A DNA stretch of 64,000 nt from Bacteroidales bacterium (GCA_963668715.1 OY764960.1:719602-783601), one strand, 5' to 3'. Numbered from the stretch's first letter, positions 37,791-47,925 are shown. Numbers and translations are program-made. The notes: generated from the letters alone by a model not told the origin.

Positions 37791-37960
37791 TAAGGCAAAA
37801 GGCGAAAGGCACAGGATGAAAGGTGAAGGGCACAGAGCATAGAGCACAGAGCGTAGAGCGCAGAGCATGGTGTAAAGCAGTGAACGAGAAGGAGGATTAA
37901 AGAGAACCCGGTTGCTGAACGGGTAAATAGAGTCCTGAAAAAGTTCTTACCTGCATTACG
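37791..37960 (+). repeat. Repeat-family member R4a (purine-rich CGAAAGG module + 7-bp tandem + gtgaac tail)
   Basis: aaggcaaaaggcgaaaggcacagg. Five 7-bp units [c/t]agagc[a/g] at 37833..37867. ggtgtaaagcagtgaac parallels ggtgaaaataaagtgaac of R2. ttcttacc motif as at 29..36. Confidence 0.6.
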
Positions 37961-38044
37961 ACAGAAGGACTGACTGAGTCTGTTTTAAATTATAAATATA
38001 TCAGTTTAATTTTTGCAGGGTCTACTCCTCAAATCGGATATGAG

Positions 38045-38329
38045 ATGGTAAAATCTCGATACCGGGGAATTAATGAACTTGAATCAAGAGTTGACAGAGG
38101 AGAGAAATGTCTTGCAAAATATCAAAGTATTAATCCTACAGGTCTTATATTTACTGCAGCAGTAATGTGCAGAATTATGCTGATTTCAGAATTTGATCCG
38201 TTCATTATGCTCTATGACTCTAATGGTTTTATTTATGACCTTACCGAAGAATTTGCACCTGTAGACAGTTTATTACTGGAACAGGTTTATAATCTTTCCC
38301 GGGAGTTTTTATTGAATTACAATTCATGA
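38045..38329 (+). CDS. Hypothetical protein (94 aa) between inverted repeat-family copies
   Basis: ORF only. No recognisable motif. It could be a gene remnant. Confidence 0.25.
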   Translation: MVKSRYRGINELESRVDRGEKCLAKYQSINPTGLIFTAAVMCRIMLISEFDPFIMLYDSNGFIYDLTEEFAPVDSLLLEQVYNLSREFLLNYNS

Positions 38330-38339
38330 AGTAAAAAAT

Positions 38340-38520
38340 ATAAATGATGCTTACAAAAATTACTCTTTGCTGTTTAATCCTATCCTTTGCCCTTTGTCTT
38401 TCGTCGTTCGTCTTTAGTCTCTTTAAACTCACTCTTTTATAAACTTTTCTCAACCTTTCCTTTCGCCGTTTGTCTTTTGCCTTTCGTCTTTGCTATATTT
38501 GCATAGTCATGTTATGACAC
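38340..38520 (-). repeat. Repeat-family member R4b (inverted relative to R4a)
   Basis: The reverse complement reads ttgcgtg..gacgaaaggcaaaagacaaacggcgaaaggaaaggttgagaaaagtttataaaagagtgagtttaaagag. This matches the cgaaaggaaaaggttgagaa..gagaaaagttt..gtttaaatgg order of R1. Confidence 0.6.
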
Positions 38521-38590
38521 GCAACCATACATGATAATATAAATTATAGTGAACCGTTTATTATTATTGGTTTCTCTCTTTTTTCCGGTT

Positions 38591-39610
38591 ATGAGGAAAA
38601 TGTCGGTTATAATATTGTTTTCATTGAGTCTGGCAAATATTTACCCGCAGACAGGGGGAGATAATGTCTATGAATTTCTGAATCTCAGTCCTAACGCTTA
38701 TATTTCGTCGCTCGGAGGTTTTCATGTTTCTGCCATTGGGAATGATCCTTCCCTTTCCTTCCTCAACCCTGCTTTAACCGGCCCGCAAAGCCATAAAAAC
38801 ATGGCCCTTAACTATATAAATTATTTTGCCGGAATAAACTACGGGTCAATGATGTATTCTATGCATTATGACAGTCTCGGTTCATTTTCAGCCGGTATTA
38901 ATTACCTTAATTATGGCAATTTCGATCTGGCAGATGAATCGGGAAATATCAACGGGAAATTTACAGCAGCCGAATATGCTTTCAATCTTATCTATTCAAG
39001 GAATATTAACGAGGCATTCAGCATTGGCATTAATTTAAAGCCTGTCCTTTCACAGCTTGAGAGCTATATCTCTTTTGGAGTGCTTATGGATATAGGCGTC
39101 ACCTGGCAGGGAAGGGACGAGTTGGTAAGTGCAGGGCTTGTTATAAGAAACCTCGGGGCTCAGATAACAAGCTATACCGGGATACATGAAAAGATACCGT
39201 TTGAAATAGCGGCAGGATTAAGCGCAAGGCTGCAGCATGCCCCGTTCCGGTTCAGCCTTACTGCAAGACACCTGGGAAAATATGACCTCAGCTATGAGTA
39301 TACAACTGATCCGCTGCTTTCGGAAAGATCAGGCATGGAAGAAATTGCCGATAACATAATGAGGCATTTCATATTCGGAGCAGAACTGATACCGGGTAAT
39401 AATTTTTTCATCTCCACAGGACTGAACTACCAGCGCAGAAAAGAGCTTCAATATGAAGCCAGGGCCTCAACAGTAGGTTTTAGCCTGGGGGCAGGCATAA
39501 AAACATCCGTGGCAGATATCGTTTTAAGCAGATCAAGGTACCACCTTGCAGGCGCTTCAACGACTTTCTCGGTCGTACTTAAACCGGCACTGTTTGAAAA
39601 ACTGAAGTGA
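38591..39610 (+). CDS. porQ: PorQ-like type IX secretion outer-membrane protein
   Basis: Signal peptide, beta-barrel-like composition, ~340 aa, N-terminal GGDNVYEFLNL..ARISSLGG-type block. Its position just upstream of cmk is as I recall for porQ. Not verified. Confidence 0.5.
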   Translation: MRKMSVIILFSLSLANIYPQTGGDNVYEFLNLSPNAYISSLGGFHVSAIGNDPSLSFLNPALTGPQSHKNMALNYINYFAGINYGSMMYSMHYDSLGSFSAGINYLNYGNFDLADESGNINGKFTAAEYAFNLIYSRNINEAFSIGINLKPVLSQLESYISFGVLMDIGVTWQGRDELVSAGLVIRNLGAQITSYTGIHEKIPFEIAAGLSARLQHAPFRFSLTARHLGKYDLSYEYTTDPLLSERSGMEEIADNIMRHFIFGAELIPGNNFFISTGLNYQRRKELQYEARASTVGFSLGAGIKTSVADIVLSRSRYHLAGASTTFSVVLKPALFEKLK

Positions 39611-39648
39611 CAGGAATTTCTTAACTTTGCAGATCTAATACCATGTAA

Positions 39649-40341
39649 ATGGATAAAAAACTTATAATTGCCGTTGACGGCCATTCGTCTTGTGGGAAGA
39701 GTACTTTTGCCAGGGCCATAGCCGGAGAAATGAATTACCTGTATATTGACAGCGGAGCTATGTACAGGGCAGTAACTCTTTACTGCATGCGTAAAGGATA
39801 TATTTCAGGATCTGTACTGAAAGAAACAGAGATTTCCGGAAGCATGCAGGATATTAATATCCGGTTCATGTACAACCCCCGTACCGGGACAAATGATACA
39901 ATTCTCAACGGTGAAAATGTTGAGGACGCAATAAGGCAAATAGATGTATCATCACTGGTAAGCATTATAAGCAAAATAGGCCCTGTAAGAAAAAGACTGG
40001 TTGAGATACAAAGGGGAATGGGTCTGGCCGGCGGTATTGTAATGGACGGCAGGGATATAGGAACCGTGGTATTCCCTGATGCCGATATTAAGATATTTAT
40101 GACAGCGTCAGAAAAGATAAGGGCAGAAAGAAGGTATAAGGAGCTGAAAGACAAAGGTATTAAAGTAGATTTTGACGATGTCCTTAAAAATATTTCCGAA
40201 AGAGACATGATTGATTCCTCAAGGGCAATAAGCCCTCTTAAAAAAGCCGAAGATGCTCTCCTGCTGGATAATTCAGATATGACGGTAAGCCGGCAGATGG
40301 ACTGGTTCAGGGATCTTCTTAGTAATAAATACGGAAAATGA
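39649..40341 (+). CDS. cmk: Cytidylate kinase
   Basis: P-loop IAVDGHSSCGKST, DSGAMYRA, GRDIGTVVFPDA, 230 aa. Confidence 0.93.
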   Translation: MDKKLIIAVDGHSSCGKSTFARAIAGEMNYLYIDSGAMYRAVTLYCMRKGYISGSVLKETEISGSMQDINIRFMYNPRTGTNDTILNGENVEDAIRQIDVSSLVSIISKIGPVRKRLVEIQRGMGLAGGIVMDGRDIGTVVFPDADIKIFMTASEKIRAERRYKELKDKGIKVDFDDVLKNISERDMIDSSRAISPLKKAEDALLLDNSDMTVSRQMDWFRDLLSNKYGK

Positions 40342-41222
40342 CAATTGATATAGAGCCTCAATCAGGTTTTTGTTTCGGCGTTGAAAATGCTATCAGGCTA
40401 ACCGAGAAAGCCCTGAAATCGGGCGAGAAGATCTATTGTCTGGGACATATAGTGCATAATGAAGCTGAAGTAAAACGACTTGAAGGACTGGGGCTGACAA
40501 CCATTAACCATGATCAGTTCAGAAACCTCAGAAACAGAAAGGTAGTTATAAGGGCTCACGGGGAGCCACCTGAAACATACAGGATTGCAGAACAAAACAA
40601 TATTGAGGTTATTGAAGCTACCTGTCCGATTGTCAAGAGTATTCAGAAAAGAATAGCCGACAACTACAGGAAGACAGGAAATAAGGTACAAAACCTCATT
40701 TTCGGGAAAAAAGAACATGCTGAAGTAGTGGGGCTGCTGGGGCAAACGGAAGGTAATTCAATACTGATATCAAACCTTGGAGATATTAATAAGATAGATT
40801 TTAACCTGCCATCGGAAATATTTTCACAGACCACAAAAAGCAGGGACAAATATGCAGAGGTTGTGGAAAATATAAGACTGGGTTATGATAAAGCGGGGCA
40901 GGATGGGGAAAAGATGCTCAAGGTTCATGATACCATATGCGGGCAGGTGGCAAACAGGGAGCCAAGGCTCAGGGATTTTTGTGGGAAACATGATATAATT
41001 ATTTTCGTCAGCGGCAAAAGCAGCTCCAACGGTAAAATGTTATATAATGTATGCAAAAGCAGAAACAGCAACTCCTATTTTGTATCAAATGCCTCGGAGC
41101 TCAGTCCGGAATGGTTTGGTAAAACCGATGCTGTAGGAGTGTGCGGCGCCACTTCAACCCCCAGATGGTTAATAAGGGAAGTGGCAGAAATGATAGAAGA
41201 GTTCTCTAAAAAGAATATTTAA
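40338..41222 (+). CDS. ispH: 4-hydroxy-3-methylbut-2-enyl diphosphate reductase
   Basis: GFCFGVENAI, IVHN, ATCPIV, SSNG blocks. 4-nt overlap with cmk. Confidence 0.93.
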   Translation: MTIDIEPQSGFCFGVENAIRLTEKALKSGEKIYCLGHIVHNEAEVKRLEGLGLTTINHDQFRNLRNRKVVIRAHGEPPETYRIAEQNNIEVIEATCPIVKSIQKRIADNYRKTGNKVQNLIFGKKEHAEVVGLLGQTEGNSILISNLGDINKIDFNLPSEIFSQTTKSRDKYAEVVENIRLGYDKAGQDGEKMLKVHDTICGQVANREPRLRDFCGKHDIIIFVSGKSSSNGKMLYNVCKSRNSNSYFVSNASELSPEWFGKTDAVGVCGATSTPRWLIREVAEMIEEFSKKNI

Positions 41223-41280
41223 CTTTTACGTAATAAAAATAAATTACTTTTGTAGCTCTTAAAAAAATCATTTTGGCAAC

Positions 41281-42258
41281 ATGGCAAAGATAAAAAGGAT
41301 TGGAGTTCTTACATCCGGGGGCGATGCCCCGGGGATGAATGCTGCTATCAGGGCTGTAACCCGTACGGCGATATACAATAATCTTGAAGTAATAGGTATA
41401 AGAGAAGGATACAGAGGTATGATAGAAAAGTCGTTTATCCCCTTGTGGAGTAACGACGTAAGCGATATAATACAACGCGGAGGAACAATATTAAAGACAG
41501 CCAGGTGCGTGGAATTCAAAACAGCCGAAGGAAGGCAGATCGCTTATAACAACCTTAAGGAAATAGGTATTGACGGTGTTGTGGCCATAGGCGGTGACGG
41601 CACTTTTACCGGCGCAAGGATATTCAATGAGGAATTTGATATTCCAATTGTTGGCATTCCCGGCACAATCGATAATGATCTTTACGGAACGGATTATACC
41701 ATTGGTTATGATACAGCGCTTAATACGGTTGTAGAGGCTGTAGACAAAATCAGGGATACTGCCAACGCGCATAACAGGATGTTTTTTATCGAGGTAATGG
41801 GTGCAGAAGCAGGCTTTATAGCATTGAGGAGTGGCATCGCGGCAGGTGCCGAAGCTATTGTCATACCGGAAGTAACCGATGAAATAGAAAAGTTGAACAG
41901 ACTGCTGGAAAGCGGCCGGAGGCAGAGAGCAAGCAATATAGTTATTGTGGCTGAAGGTGATACTGAAGGTGGCGCTTATAAGCTGGCCGATAGAATTAAA
42001 AAAAACTACCCCAATTATGACATCAGGATAACTGTTCTGGGACATCTTCAGAGAGGGGGATCACCCTCTGCTTTTGACAGGGTAACAGCCAGCAGGCTTG
42101 GTTACGCTGCTGTTGAGGCACTGATGGATGATCAGAAAAGCGTTATGGTGGGCTTGCAGAATAATGAGGTTGGCCTTGTACCGTTCAGAAAGGCTGTAAA
42201 GCTTCATAAAAATGTAAGCCGTAGCCTGCTTGAAATAGCGGAAGTACTATCCAGCTAA
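41281..42258 (+). CDS. pfkA: ATP-dependent 6-phosphofructokinase
   Basis: IGVLTSGGDAPGMNAAIR, GGDGT, GIPGTIDND, MGAEAG, LGHLQRGG. Confidence 0.95.
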   Translation: MAKIKRIGVLTSGGDAPGMNAAIRAVTRTAIYNNLEVIGIREGYRGMIEKSFIPLWSNDVSDIIQRGGTILKTARCVEFKTAEGRQIAYNNLKEIGIDGVVAIGGDGTFTGARIFNEEFDIPIVGIPGTIDNDLYGTDYTIGYDTALNTVVEAVDKIRDTANAHNRMFFIEVMGAEAGFIALRSGIAAGAEAIVIPEVTDEIEKLNRLLESGRRQRASNIVIVAEGDTEGGAYKLADRIKKNYPNYDIRITVLGHLQRGGSPSAFDRVTASRLGYAAVEALMDDQKSVMVGLQNNEVGLVPFRKAVKLHKNVSRSLLEIAEVLSS

Positions 42259-42276
42259 TAAGAAAATCTACGAATA

Positions 42277-44343
42277 TTATTTGGGCCCAAGGAAATACAT
42301 GACTGTTTCCATGAGTTTATCTTTTGTTATCGGTTTCTTCAGATAATCGTTACAGCCTGCGTCAAGCGCCGACTCCCGGTCACCTGAAAGAGCCAGCGCA
42401 GTAAGGGCTACCACAGGCAGTTCCGGGTTTATTCTTTTAATTTCCCTTGTAGCTTCATATCCATTTATATCGGGCAGGCGTATATCCATAAGCACCAGCC
42501 TTATTTCAGGATTTGACCTGACATGGTCAATCGCTTTTGTGCCTGTCTCCGAATGAATAACCCTGAAGCCACTGCTCGTAAGGACATGCTCTGCGAAAAG
42601 AAAATTGTATAATTCATCCTCAACAATGAGGATGATCCCTCTGTTCTGACTTGTTTTACCTTTCTCCTCAGGTTCCGTATTTTCTTTTTTCTCATAAACA
42701 ACCACAACCGGTTTATAAGGAATGGTAAAGTAGAACGTGCTTCCCTGCCCTCTCCCTGATTCAAGCCATATCCTTCCTCCAAGTTTCTCTACATATGCCT
42801 TGCATATCGATAATCCGAGCCCTGTACCTCCTTTCCGGTGCGATGGGTGAGGTTCGACCTGGCGAAACCTTTCAAATATCAGTTCATGATTATCGGGGTC
42901 AATACCTTCTCCGGTATCACTAATATAAAACTGAAGCATACCGTCAAGCAAGAGATAACCCAGGCTGATCTCTCCATGCACTGTATATTTAACAGCATTG
43001 CTTAAAAGATTGGTTAAAATCTGTCTGAGCTTTGACTGATCTGTCATAATACTCTCTTCTACTCCCTCAGGTGCCGGCTGTATTGCTATCTTAACACCAT
43101 CATTAAGGCTGCTTTTAAATTGTGCAGCCAGTTCACCGAACATATTTCTTATATCAAGAGCCGATTCGAATATGTCTATCTGCCCCGCTTCAATTTTAGA
43201 CATATCCACTATATCGTTCACAATATCCAGCAACTGTCTGGCGCTTGATTTTATTATACTGTTATATTCCTTTCTCTGTAATTCTGTTGTTCCGCCAAAT
43301 TCCATTAAATCCAAAAAACCTATGATAGCGTTCATTGGAGTTCTTATCTCATGAGACATGTTTGCAAGAAAAGCAGATTTCAGCTTGTCACTCTCCCTGG
43401 CTTTGTTCATTGCCTCTTTCAGTTGCTCCTCCATTTTAATCCTGTAGTCAATATCCGTATGGACGCCTACCATACGCTTTGGCTTTTTCCCGTTCCATTC
43501 ACACAGCTTGCCTGATGCCAGGATCCATTTCCATTCGCCGGCAGCAGTCTTCATCCTTATCTCCACCCTGTAATATTCAATCTCACCGGAATAATGCTTC
43601 TTAAGCTCCCTCTGCACCTTCTCCATATCATCAGGATGAACATTATCAGTAAAAATACGGTATCCGAAACTGTCATACCTGTCTTCAAAATCCTCCCTCT
43701 GATAACCCAGCATATGGAACCAACTGTCATTAATTACCAGGGTATCCTCCTCTATATCCCAATCCCACAAACCGATACCTGTGCCATTAACAGCTACATC
43801 CAGGCTAAACATCCTGTCTCTTAATTCGGCTTCTGTCTTTGACTCTTCGGTTATGTCTTTCAGATTGACCAGGATCATGGGTTGACCTTTGATATCTATT
43901 CGTGACAGGAAAATGCCGGAAAGAAAATGATCACCGTTACTCTTTCTGCACAGCCAGCGGCCTTCAAGATATTTTTTTTTCAGAACATGCTTTATCAGTT
44001 TTTCATTCAGTATGGATGAAAGCCTTCCGTCCGGCTGCCTTACAGCAGAAAGTTCATCAATCGATCTCTTCCTGATCTCTTCTTTACTGACAAAGCCGAA
44101 AAGATCTAAAAAAGCTCTGTTACATAGTAAAATCTTTTTCTCTGACGGTACATAAACCACCAGAGCATCCTGTGTTGATTCAAACAGGCATTTGTATTCT
44201 TCTAACCCAAAATGCATTTCCCGGGGCTCCCTTTTTCTGCCGGATAAAATTGTCATAAAATACGGTTGACTAAATACCTCAAAATTATAATAATATAACG
44301 TTATAAGCAGATATTTAATGATATATTTGTTTAACCATGACAT
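42277..44343 (-). CDS. Hybrid sensor histidine kinase/response regulator with PAS domains
   Basis: Two PAS-like regions, H-box SHEIRTPMNAI, HATPase (GTGLGLSICK), C-terminal receiver (LMDIRLPDINGYE). The true start may be an internal Met. Confidence 0.88.
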   Translation of the reverse strand: MSWLNKYIIKYLLITLYYYNFEVFSQPYFMTILSGRKREPREMHFGLEEYKCLFESTQDALVVYVPSEKKILLCNRAFLDLFGFVSKEEIRKRSIDELSAVRQPDGRLSSILNEKLIKHVLKKKYLEGRWLCRKSNGDHFLSGIFLSRIDIKGQPMILVNLKDITEESKTEAELRDRMFSLDVAVNGTGIGLWDWDIEEDTLVINDSWFHMLGYQREDFEDRYDSFGYRIFTDNVHPDDMEKVQRELKKHYSGEIEYYRVEIRMKTAAGEWKWILASGKLCEWNGKKPKRMVGVHTDIDYRIKMEEQLKEAMNKARESDKLKSAFLANMSHEIRTPMNAIIGFLDLMEFGGTTELQRKEYNSIIKSSARQLLDIVNDIVDMSKIEAGQIDIFESALDIRNMFGELAAQFKSSLNDGVKIAIQPAPEGVEESIMTDQSKLRQILTNLLSNAVKYTVHGEISLGYLLLDGMLQFYISDTGEGIDPDNHELIFERFRQVEPHPSHRKGGTGLGLSICKAYVEKLGGRIWLESGRGQGSTFYFTIPYKPVVVVYEKKENTEPEEKGKTSQNRGIILIVEDELYNFLFAEHVLTSSGFRVIHSETGTKAIDHVRSNPEIRLVLMDIRLPDINGYEATREIKRINPELPVVALTALALSGDRESALDAGCNDYLKKPITKDKLMETVMYFLGPK

Positions 44344-44467
44344 AAGTCAATAAATGGCCGGCAGATCAAATTTCAATACCCCCTGGATCAATCCCGGATA
44401 ATGTCATGATAACAAACTTCACTATCTTTATTCCGGTTTCAACAGAATTTAACAAACATAAGATAAG

Positions 44468-44487
44468 GGACGTTGCATGCAACGTCC
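44468..44487. promoter_or_regulatory. Perfect 20-bp palindrome ggacgttgcatgcaacgtcc
   Basis: Self-complementary over all 20 nt. It lies in the divergent region between the hybrid kinase and the GT4 gene and overlaps the ORF-track ATG at 44477. Confidence 0.4.
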
Positions 44488-44506
44488 TACTTCAGACATT
44501 AACCAT

Positions 44507-45649
44507 ATGAAGAATATATTAATTATAGGAACAAGCTATCCGTACCGGGGAGGTCTGGCGGCATTCAATGAGCGACTGGCTTGTGAAATACAGTCGGCAG
44601 GTGACAGGGTAAGAATAGAGACGTTCACTCTTCAGTACCCGGGGATACTCTTCCCTGGCAAAACACAATTTGCCACATGGGGCGCTCCCGAAAATCTTGA
44701 CATACGCAGGTCTGTTAATTCGGTATGGCCTGTAAACTGGCTGCGAACAGGAATAAGGCTGAAGAGACAAAAACCCGATCTGGTAATATTTAAATACTGG
44801 ATGCCCTTTATGGCGCCATCTTTCGGGACAATAGCGCATACTATAAGAAAGAACGGGCATAGCAGGATCATTACCATATTAGATAATATAATACCTCACG
44901 AGCAAAGACCGGGCGACAGATGGATGACAAAATACTTCGTAAAGCAGGTTGACGGTTTCATTGCAATGTCAAAGGCGGTACTTAGCGATCTGGATAAATT
45001 CGATACCGGCAAACCCCGTATCTACTCTCCTCATCCTGTGTTTGATAATTTCGGTACTGCAATAAGCAGGGAAAAAGCTATAAGCAATCTGGGGCTTGAT
45101 CCGTCATACAGGTATGTCCTTTTTTTCGGCCTTGTGAGAGATTACAAAGGTCTTGATATAATCATCAATGCTTTTGCAAATAACAGTCTCAGGGAGATGG
45201 GCATTAAGCTGTTGGTTGCAGGTGAATTTTACACGGGCCGTGAACCATACGACATGCTTATTGAAAAGCACGGTTTAAAAAATGATATTATAATACATCC
45301 TGAATTTGTGGCTGACAGTGATGTAGCTAACTGGTTTTGTGCGTCCGATATTATAGCACAGCCTTATAAAACAGCAACGCAGAGCGGTGTCACACAGATA
45401 GGTTATCACTTTAATAAGCCGATGCTTGTAAGTGATGTAGGAGGCCTCCCGGAGATAATCCCGCACGGAAGGGGCGGTTATGTTGTAAAGCCGGAACCGG
45501 AGACTGTTGCACAGGCTCTCATTGACTTTTTCAGCAATGACAGATATGATGAATTCAGCCATGGAATAAAGAAAGAAAAAGGCAAATACAGCTGGGAAAC
45601 AATGGTAAAGAACTTATATTTGCTCTCGGAACAAATCAAAGAACGATGA
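44507..45649 (+). CDS. Glycosyltransferase family 4-like
   Basis: MKNILIIGTSYPYRGG N-terminus, C-terminal GT-B block (..QPYKTATQSGV..). Start moved to 44507, after the palindrome. Confidence 0.75.
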   Translation: MKNILIIGTSYPYRGGLAAFNERLACEIQSAGDRVRIETFTLQYPGILFPGKTQFATWGAPENLDIRRSVNSVWPVNWLRTGIRLKRQKPDLVIFKYWMPFMAPSFGTIAHTIRKNGHSRIITILDNIIPHEQRPGDRWMTKYFVKQVDGFIAMSKAVLSDLDKFDTGKPRIYSPHPVFDNFGTAISREKAISNLGLDPSYRYVLFFGLVRDYKGLDIIINAFANNSLREMGIKLLVAGEFYTGREPYDMLIEKHGLKNDIIIHPEFVADSDVANWFCASDIIAQPYKTATQSGVTQIGYHFNKPMLVSDVGGLPEIIPHGRGGYVVKPEPETVAQALIDFFSNDRYDEFSHGIKKEKGKYSWETMVKNLYLLSEQIKER

Positions 45650-46671
45650 TTATAAGAAGCAAAGCGCCACTTCGCCTCGGGCTGGCAGGAGGAGGTACCG
45701 ATGTCGCTCCTTATTCCGACCTGTACGGAGGCGCCGTTCTTAACGCAACAATAAACCTGTATGCATATGCAACGCTTATACCGAGGAAAGACGGTAAAAT
45801 AAAGATCAGCCTGATCAACAGTTCCATGATCTTTGAATACGATTCGATTCCCGAACTTCCAATTGAAAATAATAACATTATAGCTGCCGGTGTATATAAC
45901 CGTATAGTAAAAGACTTTACGAAAAACCCTCTTTCGTTCGAGCTGGTATTATATGTGGATGCTCCTGCCGGCTCAGGTTTAGGTACATCAAGTACACTGC
46001 TGGTAACTGTTCTGGGAGCTTTTGCCGAATGGCTTAAGCTTCCTCTCGGGGAATACGACCTGGCACGCCTGGCATGGGAAATAGAAAGGCTGGATCTTGG
46101 CATGGCAGGAGGGAAACAGGATCAGTATGCTGCAACATTCGGGGGATTCAATTATATGGAATTCAATAATTCAAATGTAATTGTAAACCCTTTAAGAATA
46201 AAACCCATGCTTGAAGATGAGCTTGCGCATAATCTTCTTCTGTTCTATACAGGCATAAGCAGGCTGTCTTCCCGCATTATATCGGAACAGTCGGGAAATG
46301 TAGAGAAACAATCAAAAAAGCCCCTGGAAGCTATGCACAAACTGAAAGAACAGGCAAGGCTGATGAAGGAAATAATTCTTAAAGGAGAATTTAATGAGAT
46401 TGGAAATATTCTTGATTTCGGATGGCGGTATAAAAAGGAAATGGCCGGCGGCATATCAAACAAGCATATCGATATGATTTATGAAAAAGCCATAAGCAGC
46501 GGTGCAACAGGAGGAAAAATATCAGGTGCGGGAGGAGGAGGTTATATGATGTTCTACTGCCCTGATGCCAGCAGGTATGATGTTGCCCGGGCCCTTTCGG
46601 AATATAAAGGAAAAATAGAACCGTTTGAATTCACTGATAAAGGCCTAACAACATGGACAATAGCGGACTAA
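45646..46671 (+). CDS. hddA: GHMP-family sugar kinase, D-glycero-alpha-D-manno-heptose 7-phosphate kinase-like
   Basis: SKAPLRLGLAGGGTDV N-terminus, GHMP motif PAGSGLGTSS, 341 aa. In the context of gmhA, hddC and gmhB. Confidence 0.75.
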   Translation: MIIRSKAPLRLGLAGGGTDVAPYSDLYGGAVLNATINLYAYATLIPRKDGKIKISLINSSMIFEYDSIPELPIENNNIIAAGVYNRIVKDFTKNPLSFELVLYVDAPAGSGLGTSSTLLVTVLGAFAEWLKLPLGEYDLARLAWEIERLDLGMAGGKQDQYAATFGGFNYMEFNNSNVIVNPLRIKPMLEDELAHNLLLFYTGISRLSSRIISEQSGNVEKQSKKPLEAMHKLKEQARLMKEIILKGEFNEIGNILDFGWRYKKEMAGGISNKHIDMIYEKAISSGATGGKISGAGGGGYMMFYCPDASRYDVARALSEYKGKIEPFEFTDKGLTTWTIAD

Positions 46672-47243
46672 TAAAAGGGATACTGCATGAAAAATCAGAA
46701 CTGTGCAGGAAGATAGCTTCATCAGATGAAATGATAAACAACTCGGTTCTGGCCGCTGAGATGATAATATCCTCCTACAGGCGAGGAGGGAAAGTTCTCT
46801 TCTGCGGAAACGGAGGAAGCGCAGCCGATGCACAGCACCTGGCCGCTGAGCTGTCAGGCAGGTTCTATTATGAAAGAAAGGCCCTGCATGCCGAAGCATT
46901 GCATGTTAACACCTCTTACCTAACAGCAGTGGCAAATGATATGTCTTTTGATAAAGTGTACTCAAGGCAACTGGAAGCCAAAGGCAGTAAGGGAGATATC
47001 CTGGTAGCGCTTTCCACAAGCGGTAATTCGGTTAATATATTAAAAGCTGCCGGTTTTGCTAATGAGGCAGAGATCAGCGTAATATCATTCACAGGAAAAA
47101 ATGGAGGCAGGCTGAAAGACATGTCAGACATTAATATCAATATTCCTTCGGATGATACTGCCAGGATACAGGAAATGCACATAACAATAGGGCATGCAAT
47201 ATGCCAGATAGTGGAACAAACATTATTCCCCGATGGTAAATGA
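46653..47243 (+). CDS. gmhA: Phosphoheptose (sedoheptulose-7-phosphate) isomerase, SIS domain
   Basis: GNGGSAADAQHLAAEL, LSTSGNS, 196 aa. Confidence 0.88.
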   Translation: MDNSGLIKGILHEKSELCRKIASSDEMINNSVLAAEMIISSYRRGGKVLFCGNGGSAADAQHLAAELSGRFYYERKALHAEALHVNTSYLTAVANDMSFDKVYSRQLEAKGSKGDILVALSTSGNSVNILKAAGFANEAEISVISFTGKNGGRLKDMSDININIPSDDTARIQEMHITIGHAICQIVEQTLFPDGK

Positions 47244-47925
47244 AGCAATAGTACTGGCCGGAGGGCTGGGCTTAAGACTTCGCAGCAGCATCCCGGATAT
47301 GCCTAAAGCAATGGCCCCTGTACGAAACAGACCATTTCTGGAATACCTGCTGGATAATCTTATAGGTTTTGGTATTGAACATGTGATACTCAGTACCGGC
47401 TACCTGTCGGAAAAGATAATGAATCATTTCGGGCCAAAATATAAAGGTGTCGACCTGAGCTACTCTGTTGAAGATAAACCGATGGGAACAGGAGGTGCTG
47501 CTATGCTTGCAAAAAAAATGGCAGGGAGCGATCTCTTTCTTATCCTGAACGGCGATACTCTTTTCAGAACCGATCTGAAAATGATGTTTATTAAACATAT
47601 TGAAAAAGAAGCTGACATTACTATCGCCCTAAGGTATGTTGATAATACTGCCAGATATGGTAGTATTGTAACAGACAATAATGAAAGGATATTGTCATTC
47701 TCCGAGAAAAAGAACAGCGGCAAAGCAGGATGGGTTAACGGAGGCGTTTATTTGTTCAGGCGCGATATCCTGAACAACAAGCATATGCCGGAAATATTCT
47801 CTCTTGAAAAGGATCTGCTCCCGTCAATCCTGCACAATCGTGCCGTCTACGGGTTCAGGGACAATGCATATTTTATTGATATCGGAACGCCGGAAGACTA
47901 TAAAAGGGCACAGGATGAATTATGA
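47233..47925 (+). CDS. hddC: Sugar-1-phosphate nucleotidyltransferase, D-glycero-alpha-D-manno-heptose 1-phosphate guanylyltransferase-like
   Basis: N-terminal AIVLAGGLGLRL and KAM(A)PV motifs, 230 aa. In the heptose operon context. Confidence 0.7.
   Translation: MVNEAIVLAGGLGLRLRSSIPDMPKAMAPVRNRPFLEYLLDNLIGFGIEHVILSTGYLSEKIMNHFGPKYKGVDLSYSVEDKPMGTGGAAMLAKKMAGSDLFLILNGDTLFRTDLKMMFIKHIEKEADITIALRYVDNTARYGSIVTDNNERILSFSEKKNSGKAGWVNGGVYLFRRDILNNKHMPEIFSLEKDLLPSILHNRAVYGFRDNAYFIDIGTPEDYKRAQDEL

Noticed and set aside
44477-44506. Upstream start codon for the GT4 gene (ORF-track start)
   Set aside because: That ATG lies inside the 20-bp perfect palindrome. The conserved-looking N-terminus MKNILIIGTS begins at 44507.
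47804-47914. 5' extension of gmhB
   Set aside because: It overlaps the hddC coding region in another frame. The HAD protein begins naturally at MNYDIKS (47915), just before the DRDGVIN motif.
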